Virus genome (UHGV): UHGV-0210237
Strand: one strand, 5' to 3'
Length of the DNA stretch: 41,145 nt
Source: a virus
The notes under the pieces are model-generated. The model was given only the letters and a program-made list of their open reading frames with translations. It did not search any database and was not told the origin of the DNA. The translations under genes were made by a program, and so were the position numbers. The stretch's first letter is position 1. Each line of letters begins with the position of its first letter. Below, one piece after another: positions 7,694-17,783 of this stretch.

Positions 7694-9439
7694 CTAATAT
7701 TTCAAGTCTAAAGATTCACCAAATCCAAAACGCTGGATAAATAGTCTGCGATTTGCTGTATCTATGTTAACTATATCGGTGATGAGTTCGCTTTCTGTAC
7801 CTAGAATTCTTATTGGTTCGCTAGTCCCAACTGGATCACTACATACCTGACACGTACGAGTGATATCATGCCATCCGCGGCTGTTATCATACTCATCTTT
7901 ATGTCTGTGACCTCCAATCATTCCAACAAAACGATTTTCTTTTCTGCCGGTAAAGTCTACAGTTGCGTTAATTGGGAAATGTTCGGTTCCGCTTTTTATT
8001 GTTTCTGCTGTGGAGTGATTAAAATTGGTAAATAATTTTTTTAAAGCTCCGTGATTGATAAAATACTCCGAATCATTATTACCAATAACGTTATGCGCAA
8101 AAGCAAGTACCACATAATCATTTGGCGTTGATTCTAATTCCGTTTTCACAAAGTCAAAAGTGTCATCCGTGATAACAGAGTATTGGTCTCGCGGATAAAT
8201 ATTTACATCATTAACAAATGTTTCCGGATTGTCATAAACACTAACAACTAAAATTTTCAGCTTTTGGTCTTCCATAATAATTGACTGATTAAAACTGCTA
8301 ATCCCATAAATATCAAGCAATTCCTGCTTAGTAATTAAATTTTCTTTTGTTTTAGGAGCTTTATAACAATTCCCATCTTCATGATTTCCAAGATTATAGT
8401 ATACCGTTGTATCAAATAAATCGCAGATTTCTTTCACTCGCTTATTCCGTTCACTACAAATTGCAATTGGTTCTCTTCCGTGTATTTGATCGCCATTAAC
8501 AATCGAAAAATCGACATGCTTTGAAAACATCCCATGCATTAACAAATATTGAAATCCCAAAGTTGCACTTTCTCCATGATCTTTTGCTGGTTTTGGATAT
8601 ACGCTTTTCTGAGCATGAAGATCATTTATGAGATTAATCTTCACACTACCATCATTTAAAAAATCGTCCTTATGCGCTTCGTAAAAATCAATCAAATATT
8701 GATGCATCCCGCCTTCGAGACTTTTTAGAATAGTATCTTTTTTTGAACCGTTTTTCAATTTTGTTAGCTCTCCGATTTGACGATCCGCGTCATTCAATCG
8801 TTCTCCTAAAGTCGGAAATGTAGTTCCCTCCGCAGATTCTCTTGATTCGATTATTTCTTTTAACAAGGTTCCGCCAGGATCAATTGATTCAAGGATTTCT
8901 TTGTTAGCTTCAACAAATGCTTGCCATTGAGATTCAAAATCCAGCATTTGATTTTCTCCTTGAGAAATAAAATCTTTAAACAAGCGTAATAAATCTTCAA
9001 AAGTCCACACGTAAGTGCTGCCATCTGTTTTTACTTCTTTGATACCATCTGAAAATATATTTTTGATAACTGTATAGCTAAAATCTCGTGTTGAAAACTG
9101 TTCAGTATATTCATGATCATTGATCAGACGTCTAAAACTAAAGTAAGCAGTTTGAGTTCCTAACTGCTGCCAATCTGTAGCTTGCATTGTGTATTCAAGT
9201 TTACCTTGTTCAGCATTAACCGGACCCGTCACTTTTTGTTCAATTATCCCCAATCCAGAGGACTGACCTATTTTAGCGCAAAAGAATGGTTGTAACCCTT
9301 TAAATGATTTTGGTACACCATCCTCTAAAATTTCTACAACTAATGTTTGTGTTTCTTCATCGGCCTGTCTTATTTTTAACAATCCGATATTATTGTTAGG
9401 CTCGCTTACGTTGAGCGTAATTGGATATCTAACTGCCAA
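7694..9439 (-). CDS. Baseplate (BppU-like) protein with an internal calcineurin-like metallophosphoesterase domain. The track ORF begins at 9514; the preferred start is TTG 9439, after the Tal stop.
   Basis: Motifs in order: DLH (INLINDLHAQ), GDQIH, GNHEDG (YNLGNHEDG), GGHRHKDE, i.e. DxH…GDxxD…GNH[DE]…GHxH. Position is between Tal and the RBP-like gene. Confidence 0.5.
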   Translation of the reverse strand: MAVRYPITLNVSEPNNNIGLLKIRQADEETQTLVVEILEDGVPKSFKGLQPFFCAKIGQSSGLGIIEQKVTGPVNAEQGKLEYTMQATDWQQLGTQTAYFSFRRLINDHEYTEQFSTRDFSYTVIKNIFSDGIKEVKTDGSTYVWTFEDLLRLFKDFISQGENQMLDFESQWQAFVEANKEILESIDPGGTLLKEIIESRESAEGTTFPTLGERLNDADRQIGELTKLKNGSKKDTILKSLEGGMHQYLIDFYEAHKDDFLNDGSVKINLINDLHAQKSVYPKPAKDHGESATLGFQYLLMHGMFSKHVDFSIVNGDQIHGREPIAICSERNKRVKEICDLFDTTVYYNLGNHEDGNCYKAPKTKENLITKQELLDIYGISSFNQSIIMEDQKLKILVVSVYDNPETFVNDVNIYPRDQYSVITDDTFDFVKTELESTPNDYVVLAFAHNVIGNNDSEYFINHGALKKLFTNFNHSTAETIKSGTEHFPINATVDFTGRKENRFVGMIGGHRHKDEYDNSRGWHDITRTCQVCSDPVGTSEPIRILGTESELITDIVNIDTANRRLFIQRFGFGESLDLKY

Positions 9440-9455
9440 TATTACCAACTCCTTT

Positions 9456-12317
9456 CTAAAAATCAATATGTTCGCGCGGATTGATAAAATCATCCGAACT
9501 TGGCCAAGGCCCATTTGTAAAAAATTGGAAGTGTAAATGCGGACCTGTACTTGGTCCTGTTGTTCCCATGTTTCCGATTTGTTGCCCTTGTTTCACGGTG
9601 TCTCCAACTGAAACTCGCAATTGACTTTGATGTGCGTATCCTGTGTAAAGTCCGTCCGAGTGCTTAATAACAACATAGTTTCCGTACCATTCAGGATAAC
9701 TTCCAGCAATCACGACTTCTCCTGCTGCCGAAGCATAAATAGGGGTGGTTGGGTTTCCATTAACTAAATCAATCCCATTGTGTAATTCGTAAGCCCCTGT
9801 TATAGGATGCGGTCTATAGCCGAACTCGCTTGTCACAGTGACTGGTTTGCTGATAGGTACTACATATCCTACGCTTTCTGTTACTTTTACATATTGACGA
9901 ATCATCGCTGCATAATGGAAGTTTCCTCCGTTAACATACAGATAAGTTCGTCCATCCGCTTGGGAAACTGCATTAACATATGGATAAGTGGCCCCAGTTG
10001 TATTACCTAAAGAAGGTGCTACTACGTCTCTTGAATATTCTTCTGCTAAATCAGTAGTATTCTTCCCTCCACGATTTGCTAACCAAGGAATATATGCACT
10101 TCCAAAATTATATCCTTGCATGACTCCCCAAATATCAACGTTTTGAGTTTGACCATTTTTAATCTGTTCCGCCAGATGCTTACACCCTTGTTTAACCGAA
10201 GCTTCTCCAGTTAAATAGCCTGGTCCTGGATGACCAGCAGATTCAGAAGATTGCATGATATCATCTGTTCCATCAGTGCTTGGGTTTTCAACCATAATTA
10301 ATGCGTAAGCTAAGCCAATATAATCGGAGATACCATATAACTTTGTATATTTGTCAAGCCAAGCAACAATATTAGGGTTTCCTGTAATGTTGCTCCCTAT
10401 ATTGATTGGTTCATAAGTAGAGCCATCTGGTCCAACTCCACCACCAGAACCTCCTGGATAGACTTGTTGTCCTCTGATTTTCAAGTCTCCAATAACATTC
10501 ATATCTCCAGAAAGAGTAACTCCACCAACAATTCGGATGTTATCATCTATAATATAAATCCCTTTGCCATTACCTAAAATAATCCCTTTGCCTGTCTTTG
10601 CAGAAAGCGCAATGTACTTACCATCTTTATCCCCACGAATAATCAGTGCCTCTCCATCCATTGAAACAGGGCCATCTTCATCAATTAAATCAGGAAAGGG
10701 TTCACCAGCTGTACCAATAGTACCTATAGATTTTGAACCACTCCAAAATTCCATACCTCTTTTGGTTAATTCCATAATTTTCTTGCCATCATTCTCTACT
10801 TGTAACGCTCCCGAAACAAGTTTTAGAGTATCGCCGAGCTTATTGAATGATGTTTCGAAGATATCTGCTAAAATCGTTCCAGTTCTGATAAAGTCTGCAT
10901 TGAACTTGCCATCGATGGTCCAAGCTGTTTTAAATGGACTAGTATAGAAATCACCATCTATAAATCCAATTCCATCTGAGTTTGCAACTAAAAAATGGCT
11001 AGATGTCTGGATAGAATCTCCGTCCATCCATACCATCTGAAACGGCTGCCGACTTTCTCCTCTTTGCGGATGATCTGCCGGATAATCCGATGGCGACATC
11101 AAAATAACCGCACCGCCATGAGCGCCACGGATAATATCTGATTGCCACTTGCTGATTTCTGTCGAGTCATAGAATGTCATTTTAGTTTCAGCCAAATTAG
11201 CTACACTATTTTGAATGCTTGCAGCTTGCCTTGTGCTAGAACTATTGAGGTTATCGCCAAGCTCACATTCTACCTTGCCAGTTACACGGTCTAGCTTCAT
11301 ACTAAAAACTCTTGTCTTGTAATGGTACCCTTTATCCGATCGATGAATAGGAACGATATTTCCTATAGCATCGCCTCCTAAAACACTAGTCTTAAATTGG
11401 ATCAAAGGCCGAGAATACTCAACAAGATTTTCATACGTTGCCTGAAGCAATTCAGCCGGATCTTCAATATCCTCTAGGATCAATACTGTTTCGCGCTTAC
11501 GCTTACTTCCATTTTTCATTGGGATCCCGTAAAGAGCTGTCATTTCTGGATACTCAAGCCAGTTCTGCCCTTTTGGTTTATCTAGTGGATCACCCTTTGA
11601 TTTTTTCCATTCTACATTTGTGAATTCAATTCTTCTGCCGTAACCGTCACCGACTTCCTCTCCTTTACCACGTCCTATAATTGATGTATAGAGTTGAGAA
11701 CGATCTCGTTGCCGAACGACTTCTAAAGCGTTAGAACCATAAACAAATCGTTTGTTGCTAACTTTACCAATCTGCTTGTATATCTCGATCCATTTGTCAG
11801 TGATTTTGTTACCTGTAATCGTACACTTAAATAGAATCTCACAACCGAAAGTTTGAAGCTGTTTTAAAGCATCGCGTACGCTTAAATAATAAAATGTTCC
11901 TGAGAGAGATGGTAAAGTTGAATCAACAAACCCAACACGCCATTCCCCATTTGTATATCCTAGAATTTGCTCTGCAACCTGCATAAAGCTTTTGTCCTTC
12001 GGACGCATGTCAGTAACGATATAAGCACTTAACTCATCAACAGCGAAGTTGACACCAGAAAAATTCAATCGCCCTCTAGGATCGCTGTCAGCGGTTATTT
12101 TGTACATAGAAAATGACGATCCGTCTTCGCGAACCGCCATAAAAGCCGCATCTCTAATTTTATCATCATCAATGACGCTTACTGATAACGTATCATTCAT
12201 AAGCTCACTCTTATCAGGTGTAATCTCTTTTGATTGAATAGACTCAATGATTTTGCTTTCTCCAAATACCTTAAGCAATTTTTGCTTGTCATCCAGAAAG
12301 TAAATGCTTTCGCTCAT
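9456..12317 (-). CDS. Tail-associated lysin (Tal) with lytic-transglycosylase-like and M23 peptidase domains.
   Basis: 953 aa directly after Dit. Middle region has LIMVENPS … GVMQGYNFGSAY (SLT-like E plus GLMQ/AYNxG motifs). C-terminal M23 motifs HNGIDLV … GYAHQS … GPHLHFQF. Confidence 0.75.
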   Translation of the reverse strand: MSESIYFLDDKQKLLKVFGESKIIESIQSKEITPDKSELMNDTLSVSVIDDDKIRDAAFMAVREDGSSFSMYKITADSDPRGRLNFSGVNFAVDELSAYIVTDMRPKDKSFMQVAEQILGYTNGEWRVGFVDSTLPSLSGTFYYLSVRDALKQLQTFGCEILFKCTITGNKITDKWIEIYKQIGKVSNKRFVYGSNALEVVRQRDRSQLYTSIIGRGKGEEVGDGYGRRIEFTNVEWKKSKGDPLDKPKGQNWLEYPEMTALYGIPMKNGSKRKRETVLILEDIEDPAELLQATYENLVEYSRPLIQFKTSVLGGDAIGNIVPIHRSDKGYHYKTRVFSMKLDRVTGKVECELGDNLNSSSTRQAASIQNSVANLAETKMTFYDSTEISKWQSDIIRGAHGGAVILMSPSDYPADHPQRGESRQPFQMVWMDGDSIQTSSHFLVANSDGIGFIDGDFYTSPFKTAWTIDGKFNADFIRTGTILADIFETSFNKLGDTLKLVSGALQVENDGKKIMELTKRGMEFWSGSKSIGTIGTAGEPFPDLIDEDGPVSMDGEALIIRGDKDGKYIALSAKTGKGIILGNGKGIYIIDDNIRIVGGVTLSGDMNVIGDLKIRGQQVYPGGSGGGVGPDGSTYEPINIGSNITGNPNIVAWLDKYTKLYGISDYIGLAYALIMVENPSTDGTDDIMQSSESAGHPGPGYLTGEASVKQGCKHLAEQIKNGQTQNVDIWGVMQGYNFGSAYIPWLANRGGKNTTDLAEEYSRDVVAPSLGNTTGATYPYVNAVSQADGRTYLYVNGGNFHYAAMIRQYVKVTESVGYVVPISKPVTVTSEFGYRPHPITGAYELHNGIDLVNGNPTTPIYASAAGEVVIAGSYPEWYGNYVVIKHSDGLYTGYAHQSQLRVSVGDTVKQGQQIGNMGTTGPSTGPHLHFQFFTNGPWPSSDDFINPREHIDF

Positions 12318-13096
12318 AATGCCACCACCCGATAAAGAACTTCTAGCTTTCCGTTGTTCGTCTTGATAGAATCGCCCTTTTTAAGGACAAACTCTTCGAG
12401 CTGACCGCCAGCCCAATCTAATATGCTTGTTTTATCTACTCCGTTTACAAATACAGTGCCTTCACGATTTCGAAACTCAACTACATCACCAGCAACAATA
12501 CTCGCACCTGTGATTGACATTGATAAATTACCGTTAGTAACCTTCACGCTTGTGGGAGCACTTAACGTCACTCTGACTGCATCTGGAACAACAGCATAAG
12601 GAATGTACGTAGCAATTAGACCGGACGTTTTATATTGTTTAGAATACTTTCGCGGATCAGCACAGTAGATACTAAAACTAGAAATAATGCTATTCCTGTC
12701 TCCAGCAACTTCATCAGCAGAAGCAAACCTTCCGTAATAGGTGTAATCTAACTCATCATTAAACTGAATTGAGACATCTTTATTCTTGTATAGATACCAC
12801 ATAAGTAAATCAAATTTCTTTTGCAGTTGTTCTGGATCCTTATCCTCTAACTTGTATTTGACTGTTAACGTTCGAGAGGGAAGCGTCTGATTTGTAATGA
12901 TACTCCCTACTTGAATAGACTCTGACTCAATTCCTACTGACAGCATTTCTCTTCCTGTAACCGAAAGCGTCTGATACCCTTCAATTACACCTTCAAAGAG
13001 AATGCCGTCATAATACATAGCGGAAGTAGGAATGTACTCCGGTATGTATCGTTCGTTCTTCAGAGTGTCAATAAACGGATACATTCTGTTTTCCAT
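12314..13096 (-). CDS. Distal tail protein (Dit).
   Basis: 260 aa immediately after the tape measure, with its stop overlapping the Tal start (ATGA). Siphovirus synteny. Confidence 0.65.
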   Translation of the reverse strand: MENRMYPFIDTLKNERYIPEYIPTSAMYYDGILFEGVIEGYQTLSVTGREMLSVGIESESIQVGSIITNQTLPSRTLTVKYKLEDKDPEQLQKKFDLLMWYLYKNKDVSIQFNDELDYTYYGRFASADEVAGDRNSIISSFSIYCADPRKYSKQYKTSGLIATYIPYAVVPDAVRVTLSAPTSVKVTNGNLSMSITGASIVAGDVVEFRNREGTVFVNGVDKTSILDWAGGQLEEFVLKKGDSIKTNNGKLEVLYRVVAL

Positions 13097-13106
13097 TTCC
13101 TACCTC

Positions 13107-15821
13107 CTAAAATTGCATGTTTAAGTTAATCTCGTTGCCTTGTGCTTGACTAATGTCGTCAAGGAAGGCTGAAAATTCGCTATTACCGATTCGGACGTTA
13201 AATTGAGCTGGTTTGCTATTCGTTCCGTAACTTACTTCATGTTGGACTTGCGTTTGAATTTGACTATTGACCGCCGAGATACGATTGCCGATATCCATAT
13301 TCGATGCACGATCAGCAATTTGCGAAGATGCACGATCAACATAACGAGCGCCGTCTAGCATACCTTCTGCTAACCCTTGAGAGGTGAACATCCCCAATTC
13401 AGCCATGACACGAGACGGTGAGTGAATATTTAGAATGTCCTTGATTTTCCCTGTAATCGAACCAGCGATATCTTTAACTGCATTCTTTACATCTTCAATT
13501 TTGCCTTTGATACCTTTCACCAAACCATCAATAATATCCTTACCAATTTGCAGTAAATCAATCTGTCTGATTTGATCGAATGTTTCTTTGACTTTGTCAA
13601 TAGCGTTGCTAACGCCTGCTTTAAGGTCTTCCCAAGCTTGTGCAGCGCCTTTTACAATATTCTTCGCAGTATTTACTACCGCATCTTTCGTATTTTCCCA
13701 AGCGTCTGCGACACCTTGTTTGATTGATTTCCAAGTGTTGATTGCATTTTCTTTTGTGGATTGCCATAAGTCAGCAAAATATTGTTTGACAGAGTTCCAC
13801 AGATCGATAGCACCTTGTTTCATATTTTGCCATGTTTCAGCGACTGCTGCTTTAGTGCTTTCCCAGCTATCTATAGCAGTCTGTTTGATGTTTTGCCATG
13901 TTTCCACAAAGTAAGCGACTATACCGTTAAATACGTTCACAGCTGTTTCGGAGATCGTTGTCCAAACATATGCCAACGCGGCCTTGATACCGGTCCATAC
14001 GTTTAAGAAAGCCATCTTTGTATTTAACAAAAAACTGTCAAATATTGCTTGGATTGAACTCCAAATGTTTGTGCCAGCTTCTAGAATATTATTCCAGACC
14101 GCTATCATATTGTTCTTAGCTTCTTCCCACCCACCAGAAATCATTGAAGTAACAAACAATACAGGAGCCAAGATGATGTTTTTCAAAATCTCGAACATTT
14201 GTCCTGCAATCTTACCTAGGTTTTCCCATAGCGTGGATAAGAAGAGTTTCATATGGATAAAAGCATTACGTATGCCATAAATCAATACGCCAAATTTACT
14301 CATGATGGCATCTTTTATACTATCTACAATAGAAGAAACTGTTGACTTGATGCCTTTCCACAAATCAGCAAACCATTGTTTGACTCCCTGCCATGCAGAA
14401 ACGACGCCATCAACAGCATCACTAAACGCCTGTTTGACACCATCCCACATATCCGTTGTTGTGTCTTTGATTCCTGTCCACAGATCGGCAAACCATTGTT
14501 TCGTACCTTTCCACGCCTCTTTAACAGAATTTACTGCGTTCTTTGTACCATCTACCAATCCATTCCATGTGTTCGAAAAGAATTCTTTCATACCTTCCCA
14601 TGCGGAAACAATCCAATCTACTGCTGCACCTACTGCTTTTTTTATCCCTTCCCACAAGCCGATCCAAAAGTTTCGGAAATCCTCACTTGTGTTCCAAAGG
14701 TAGATAAAACCAGCAACAAGGGCGATAACGGCTGCAATGATTAATCCAATCGGATTTAAGTTCATGAGAACGTTCATCATCTTTTGCGCACCGTTGTATA
14801 GTTCAACTGCTTTTCTAGCGGTTCCCATAACGCCTTGATAAATACTGATATAGCCTATTACAGCCATAATCAATGGCAAGAAAGGTTTAATAGTATCCCA
14901 CAAATTAGTTAAGAAGCTGATAGCCGGTGGAATGCTATCAGTAATAGCTTTAAAAGCCACATTTACTGCATTTTTAATCTTGTCGAAGTTTTCAGCAATT
15001 GATCCAAGTCCAGCATTTTGCATTCCTTCATCAATCGCAGTAATGACATTAGCCAATCCTTTTACAACTGCTGTTTTTATATTTGAGAATGATGTCCTTA
15101 TTCCGGCTGAGTTTTTCTTAGCCAATTCAGCAAATCCGCCAACACCATCATTCAACTTTATAAGTCGGTTATTGAAGTCGTCAAATGTAATTGTTCCATC
15201 TTGCAAGGCATCGTAAAGTTCGTTTACTGAGTTAACTCCTTGATCCTTAAATGACTTTGCTACTTTGTCCATCGCAATAGGCATAGTTTCTTGAATAGAT
15301 CGCCATGACTGCATGTCTACGGTCCCTTTGGAAAGCATCTGTACATATTGTTGCATCCCTCGGCTAGCATCAGCTGTCGATGCACCAGAAGCCAAAAAAG
15401 CATTATTAAGTGCAATTGCTGTATCTGTTCCTTTTTCGAGATTACCTGTAGAGATGGCTAATTGTTGGGTATTAGATACAATCTCATTTAATGAAGTTGG
15501 CAGCCCGTCGATACCTTCGGTCAGTTTGCTCATTGATTTATCAACTTGATCAGTAGAATACCCTAATGCTTGCATTACAATCGGATACTTATTAAGCGTG
15601 TCAAAGCGATCTATCGCTCCGTCGACTGAAGTCTTCACTAACCCAATTGCTGAATCCACTAATTTAAAAACCCCGATACCTTTAGCGATATCGAGGATAG
15701 AAGTGTTCGTCTTTTTTGTATTGTCGTTAAGCCCACTCATCGAACTATCAGCATTCTTCATGGTAGAAGAAAAATTCTTGTCGACAGCCGAAAGGATTGC
15801 TTCAACGCTATATGATTCCAT
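13107..15821 (-). CDS. Tail tape measure protein.
   Basis: 904 aa. Alpha-helical with internal repeats of the type WxxxKxxFxxxW, hydrophobic central segments, position after the G/G-T chaperones. Confidence 0.85.
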   Translation of the reverse strand: MESYSVEAILSAVDKNFSSTMKNADSSMSGLNDNTKKTNTSILDIAKGIGVFKLVDSAIGLVKTSVDGAIDRFDTLNKYPIVMQALGYSTDQVDKSMSKLTEGIDGLPTSLNEIVSNTQQLAISTGNLEKGTDTAIALNNAFLASGASTADASRGMQQYVQMLSKGTVDMQSWRSIQETMPIAMDKVAKSFKDQGVNSVNELYDALQDGTITFDDFNNRLIKLNDGVGGFAELAKKNSAGIRTSFSNIKTAVVKGLANVITAIDEGMQNAGLGSIAENFDKIKNAVNVAFKAITDSIPPAISFLTNLWDTIKPFLPLIMAVIGYISIYQGVMGTARKAVELYNGAQKMMNVLMNLNPIGLIIAAVIALVAGFIYLWNTSEDFRNFWIGLWEGIKKAVGAAVDWIVSAWEGMKEFFSNTWNGLVDGTKNAVNSVKEAWKGTKQWFADLWTGIKDTTTDMWDGVKQAFSDAVDGVVSAWQGVKQWFADLWKGIKSTVSSIVDSIKDAIMSKFGVLIYGIRNAFIHMKLFLSTLWENLGKIAGQMFEILKNIILAPVLFVTSMISGGWEEAKNNMIAVWNNILEAGTNIWSSIQAIFDSFLLNTKMAFLNVWTGIKAALAYVWTTISETAVNVFNGIVAYFVETWQNIKQTAIDSWESTKAAVAETWQNMKQGAIDLWNSVKQYFADLWQSTKENAINTWKSIKQGVADAWENTKDAVVNTAKNIVKGAAQAWEDLKAGVSNAIDKVKETFDQIRQIDLLQIGKDIIDGLVKGIKGKIEDVKNAVKDIAGSITGKIKDILNIHSPSRVMAELGMFTSQGLAEGMLDGARYVDRASSQIADRASNMDIGNRISAVNSQIQTQVQHEVSYGTNSKPAQFNVRIGNSEFSAFLDDISQAQGNEINLNMQF

Positions 15822-15837
15822 AGTTTTCCTCCTTTCT

Positions 15838-16193
15838 TCAGGAGTTTACAAATCTCGGTACTTTTTCATCCTTGCCCAAGATTTTGTTTTCAAGTTTTTC
15901 CTTGTTAAAGAATTTTTCGAAGGTGTCAAATTTAGGAACCTCGTATTTACCACGTTTTTTTGTAGCTTTCACTTGTTGGTTCGCCCAAGCTTGGTAATGA
16001 ATGAGCTCTTGCTCGTCTAATCTTTTGAGACGATAAGCGATAAGCCTTGTTTCATATTCCGTCATTGTCATTCGATCAATGTCTAAAAAGTCATTAATCC
16101 CGAGATAACGCAGACAGTTTATCTGGACAGTGGCATAAAAATCTTCTTCTACTTGCTTTCCTTGATTCTGTTTTCGACTGTTAGTGTTTTTTT
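15838..16193 (-). CDS. G-T extension of the tail assembly chaperone, reached by a -1 frameshift from the upstream chaperone ORF.
   Basis: The 77-aa ORF frame stays open upstream to the A7 run and lies in the -1 frame relative to 16149..16496. This is the standard siphovirus arrangement. Confidence 0.5.
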
Positions 16194-16496
16194 CTTTGTA
16201 AATTCCGACTTTTTTAATTCTTCTAGTACCAAATCAAAGAGTTTATCCGAGCCGATTTCACCAACTAAGGCGATCAAATCCTTTTCCGCTACTCGTGGCG
16301 ACTCTGTTGCGTTTGCTACTTTTAACATTTCAATCAAAGTCTCAATATCTTCATTGAAGAAATTCACTAGCGTTGAATCCAAGCCAAGCTTCATTGTCAT
16401 TCCTTGCTCTACAACGGAATATCTGCGGTTCATTTCACGGATAAACCCAAATCCAAAAATAAAGCTATACTCTTTTTCGTTAATCGTTAGTTCCAT
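16149..16496 (-). CDS. Tail assembly chaperone (gpG-like).
   Basis: 115 aa between the major tail protein and the tape measure. Ends just after the slippery run AAGAAAAAAAC. Confidence 0.6.
   Translation of the reverse strand: MELTINEKEYSFIFGFGFIREMNRRYSVVEQGMTMKLGLDSTLVNFFNEDIETLIEMLKVANATESPRVAEKDLIALVGEIGSDKLFDLVLEELKKSEFTKKKTLTVENRIKESK
16187..16193 (-). other. Programmed -1 frameshift slippery site (A7 on the mRNA) for the G/G-T chaperone.
   Basis: T7 run on the plus strand at 16187..16193 lies inside the last codons of the G ORF. The downstream ORF is in the -1 frame. Confidence 0.5.
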
Positions 16497-16538
16497 TTAT
16501 TCATCCTCCTAAAAATAAAAGCACTCAATTAAGAGTGC

Positions 16539-17045
16539 TTAGCCTTCTGGTGTTTGTTTTGTTGTGTCCACAAATGCATACTGAACTTCGTTTTGTTGTT
16601 CGGCCGTTAAGGTTGCATAACCGTCCTGATGAATCATTTGTACGGCGTATTCCAATGAAACTTCAACATTATCTTCGGCAGAAGCGGTTTCTTCATAGCT
16701 TGAGATATACACTTGCATATATTTAGCTGCAAATTTCCCTGTATCGCCTTCTTGTGGTTCGAGTTTGTCAATGATCCATGTTTCCACCAATTTGTTGTTC
16801 ATAAATGCATCGTAAAGCATTTTTAGTGTTTTGCTGCCACGTTCATATAAAGCGGTAGAGCTGAAATCATATTCAACCGCCCCAACAGTTTGTGCAGTTC
16901 CATCTTTAGTTTCGGTAGAATCTGTACTGCGTGACATACCGAATGTATGCTCGGTTTGATAAGTAACAGTTTTGGCAGCTTCTTCAGCTTGCTTTTTCAA
17001 GTCCCGATAGACCAAAATGACGTCAATACCTTTTTTTAGTGCCAT
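16539..17045 (-). CDS. Major tail protein.
   Basis: 168 aa immediately upstream of the chaperone genes. Typical size, synteny and strong SD. Confidence 0.6.
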   Translation of the reverse strand: MALKKGIDVILVYRDLKKQAEEAAKTVTYQTEHTFGMSRSTDSTETKDGTAQTVGAVEYDFSSTALYERGSKTLKMLYDAFMNNKLVETWIIDKLEPQEGDTGKFAAKYMQVYISSYEETASAEDNVEVSLEYAVQMIHQDGYATLTAEQQNEVQYAFVDTTKQTPEG

Positions 17046-17441
17046 TTAAATTCCTCCTATTAATCTAAAATTCAATTCAATAATCGCTCGTTTAAGCGGT
17101 GTGTTTGTGCTTGTGTCTGTTACCGTCTGTATGTCGCTTGCATTGGTGTCTAGCGTCCATGAATATCCGTCAGATGTATTTACTTTCATCGCTTGCTCAA
17201 ACAAAGCAGACGCCATCTCAGACACCTGCTTTCGCTTTTTATGCAATCCCCATACAGAAATGACGATCACGACATTTCCCAAGACGTGAGACTTGTTGAT
17301 AGAGTGAAGTGTTTGAGTATCTTCAAATTCTACAAAAGGATAGCTAGTATCACTCGCTGGTTTGTAATCGTATGTTTGATAGCCCAATGCATTCGATCGT
17401 TTAAACATCTCATCAAGGATTGATTGTTCTCTAGTCTTCAT
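17046..17441 (-). CDS. Tail completion or tail terminator protein.
   Basis: 131 aa between the gp10-like gene and the major tail protein. Synteny only. Confidence 0.4.
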   Translation of the reverse strand: MKTREQSILDEMFKRSNALGYQTYDYKPASDTSYPFVEFEDTQTLHSINKSHVLGNVVIVISVWGLHKKRKQVSEMASALFEQAMKVNTSDGYSWTLDTNASDIQTVTDTSTNTPLKRAIIELNFRLIGGI

Positions 17442-17783
17442 CTATTCCACCAACTTATCCATATCAGATTTAAACTGCGCCTTCTGTTTGTTGAAAGCTG
17501 GTCGCATAAATGGTTGAGCTGATTGGAATCTTGTTCCGTACTCTAAATAAGGAGCGTAATCTGCGGTAGGTTTCACCTTTCCTGTTAAACCGCCATCGCT
17601 CAAATCCATGGTTATTGATCTTCTCAAGTTACCAGTATCGACTGGCGCTTTACGTTGAGCGCCTTGTGTCAATTCAGCTGTATTCTGTTTGACGATTTGT
17701 TTCACATCTTTCATATTTGCATTAGACTTGAGTTTCATCGTCAATTCGCTAACGCCTTTGAGAGAAACATTCCTTCTAGCCAC
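17442..17783 (-). CDS. HK97-gp10-family head-tail joining protein.
   Basis: 113 aa. C-terminal YAPYLEYGTRFQSAQPFMRPAF resembles the gp10 family. Synteny. Confidence 0.5.
   Translation of the reverse strand: MARRNVSLKGVSELTMKLKSNANMKDVKQIVKQNTAELTQGAQRKAPVDTGNLRRSITMDLSDGGLTGKVKPTADYAPYLEYGTRFQSAQPFMRPAFNKQKAQFKSDMDKLVE

Noticed and set aside
13588-16020. Plus-strand ORFs of 74-140 aa (13588..13914, 13782..14006, 13984..14280, 14302..14744, 14932..15216, 15313..15549, 15598..16020).
   Set aside because: All are antisense to the 904-aa tape-measure gene. They are low-complexity and Cys/Ser/Phe-rich, with no SD sites. These are shadows of a long minus-strand gene.
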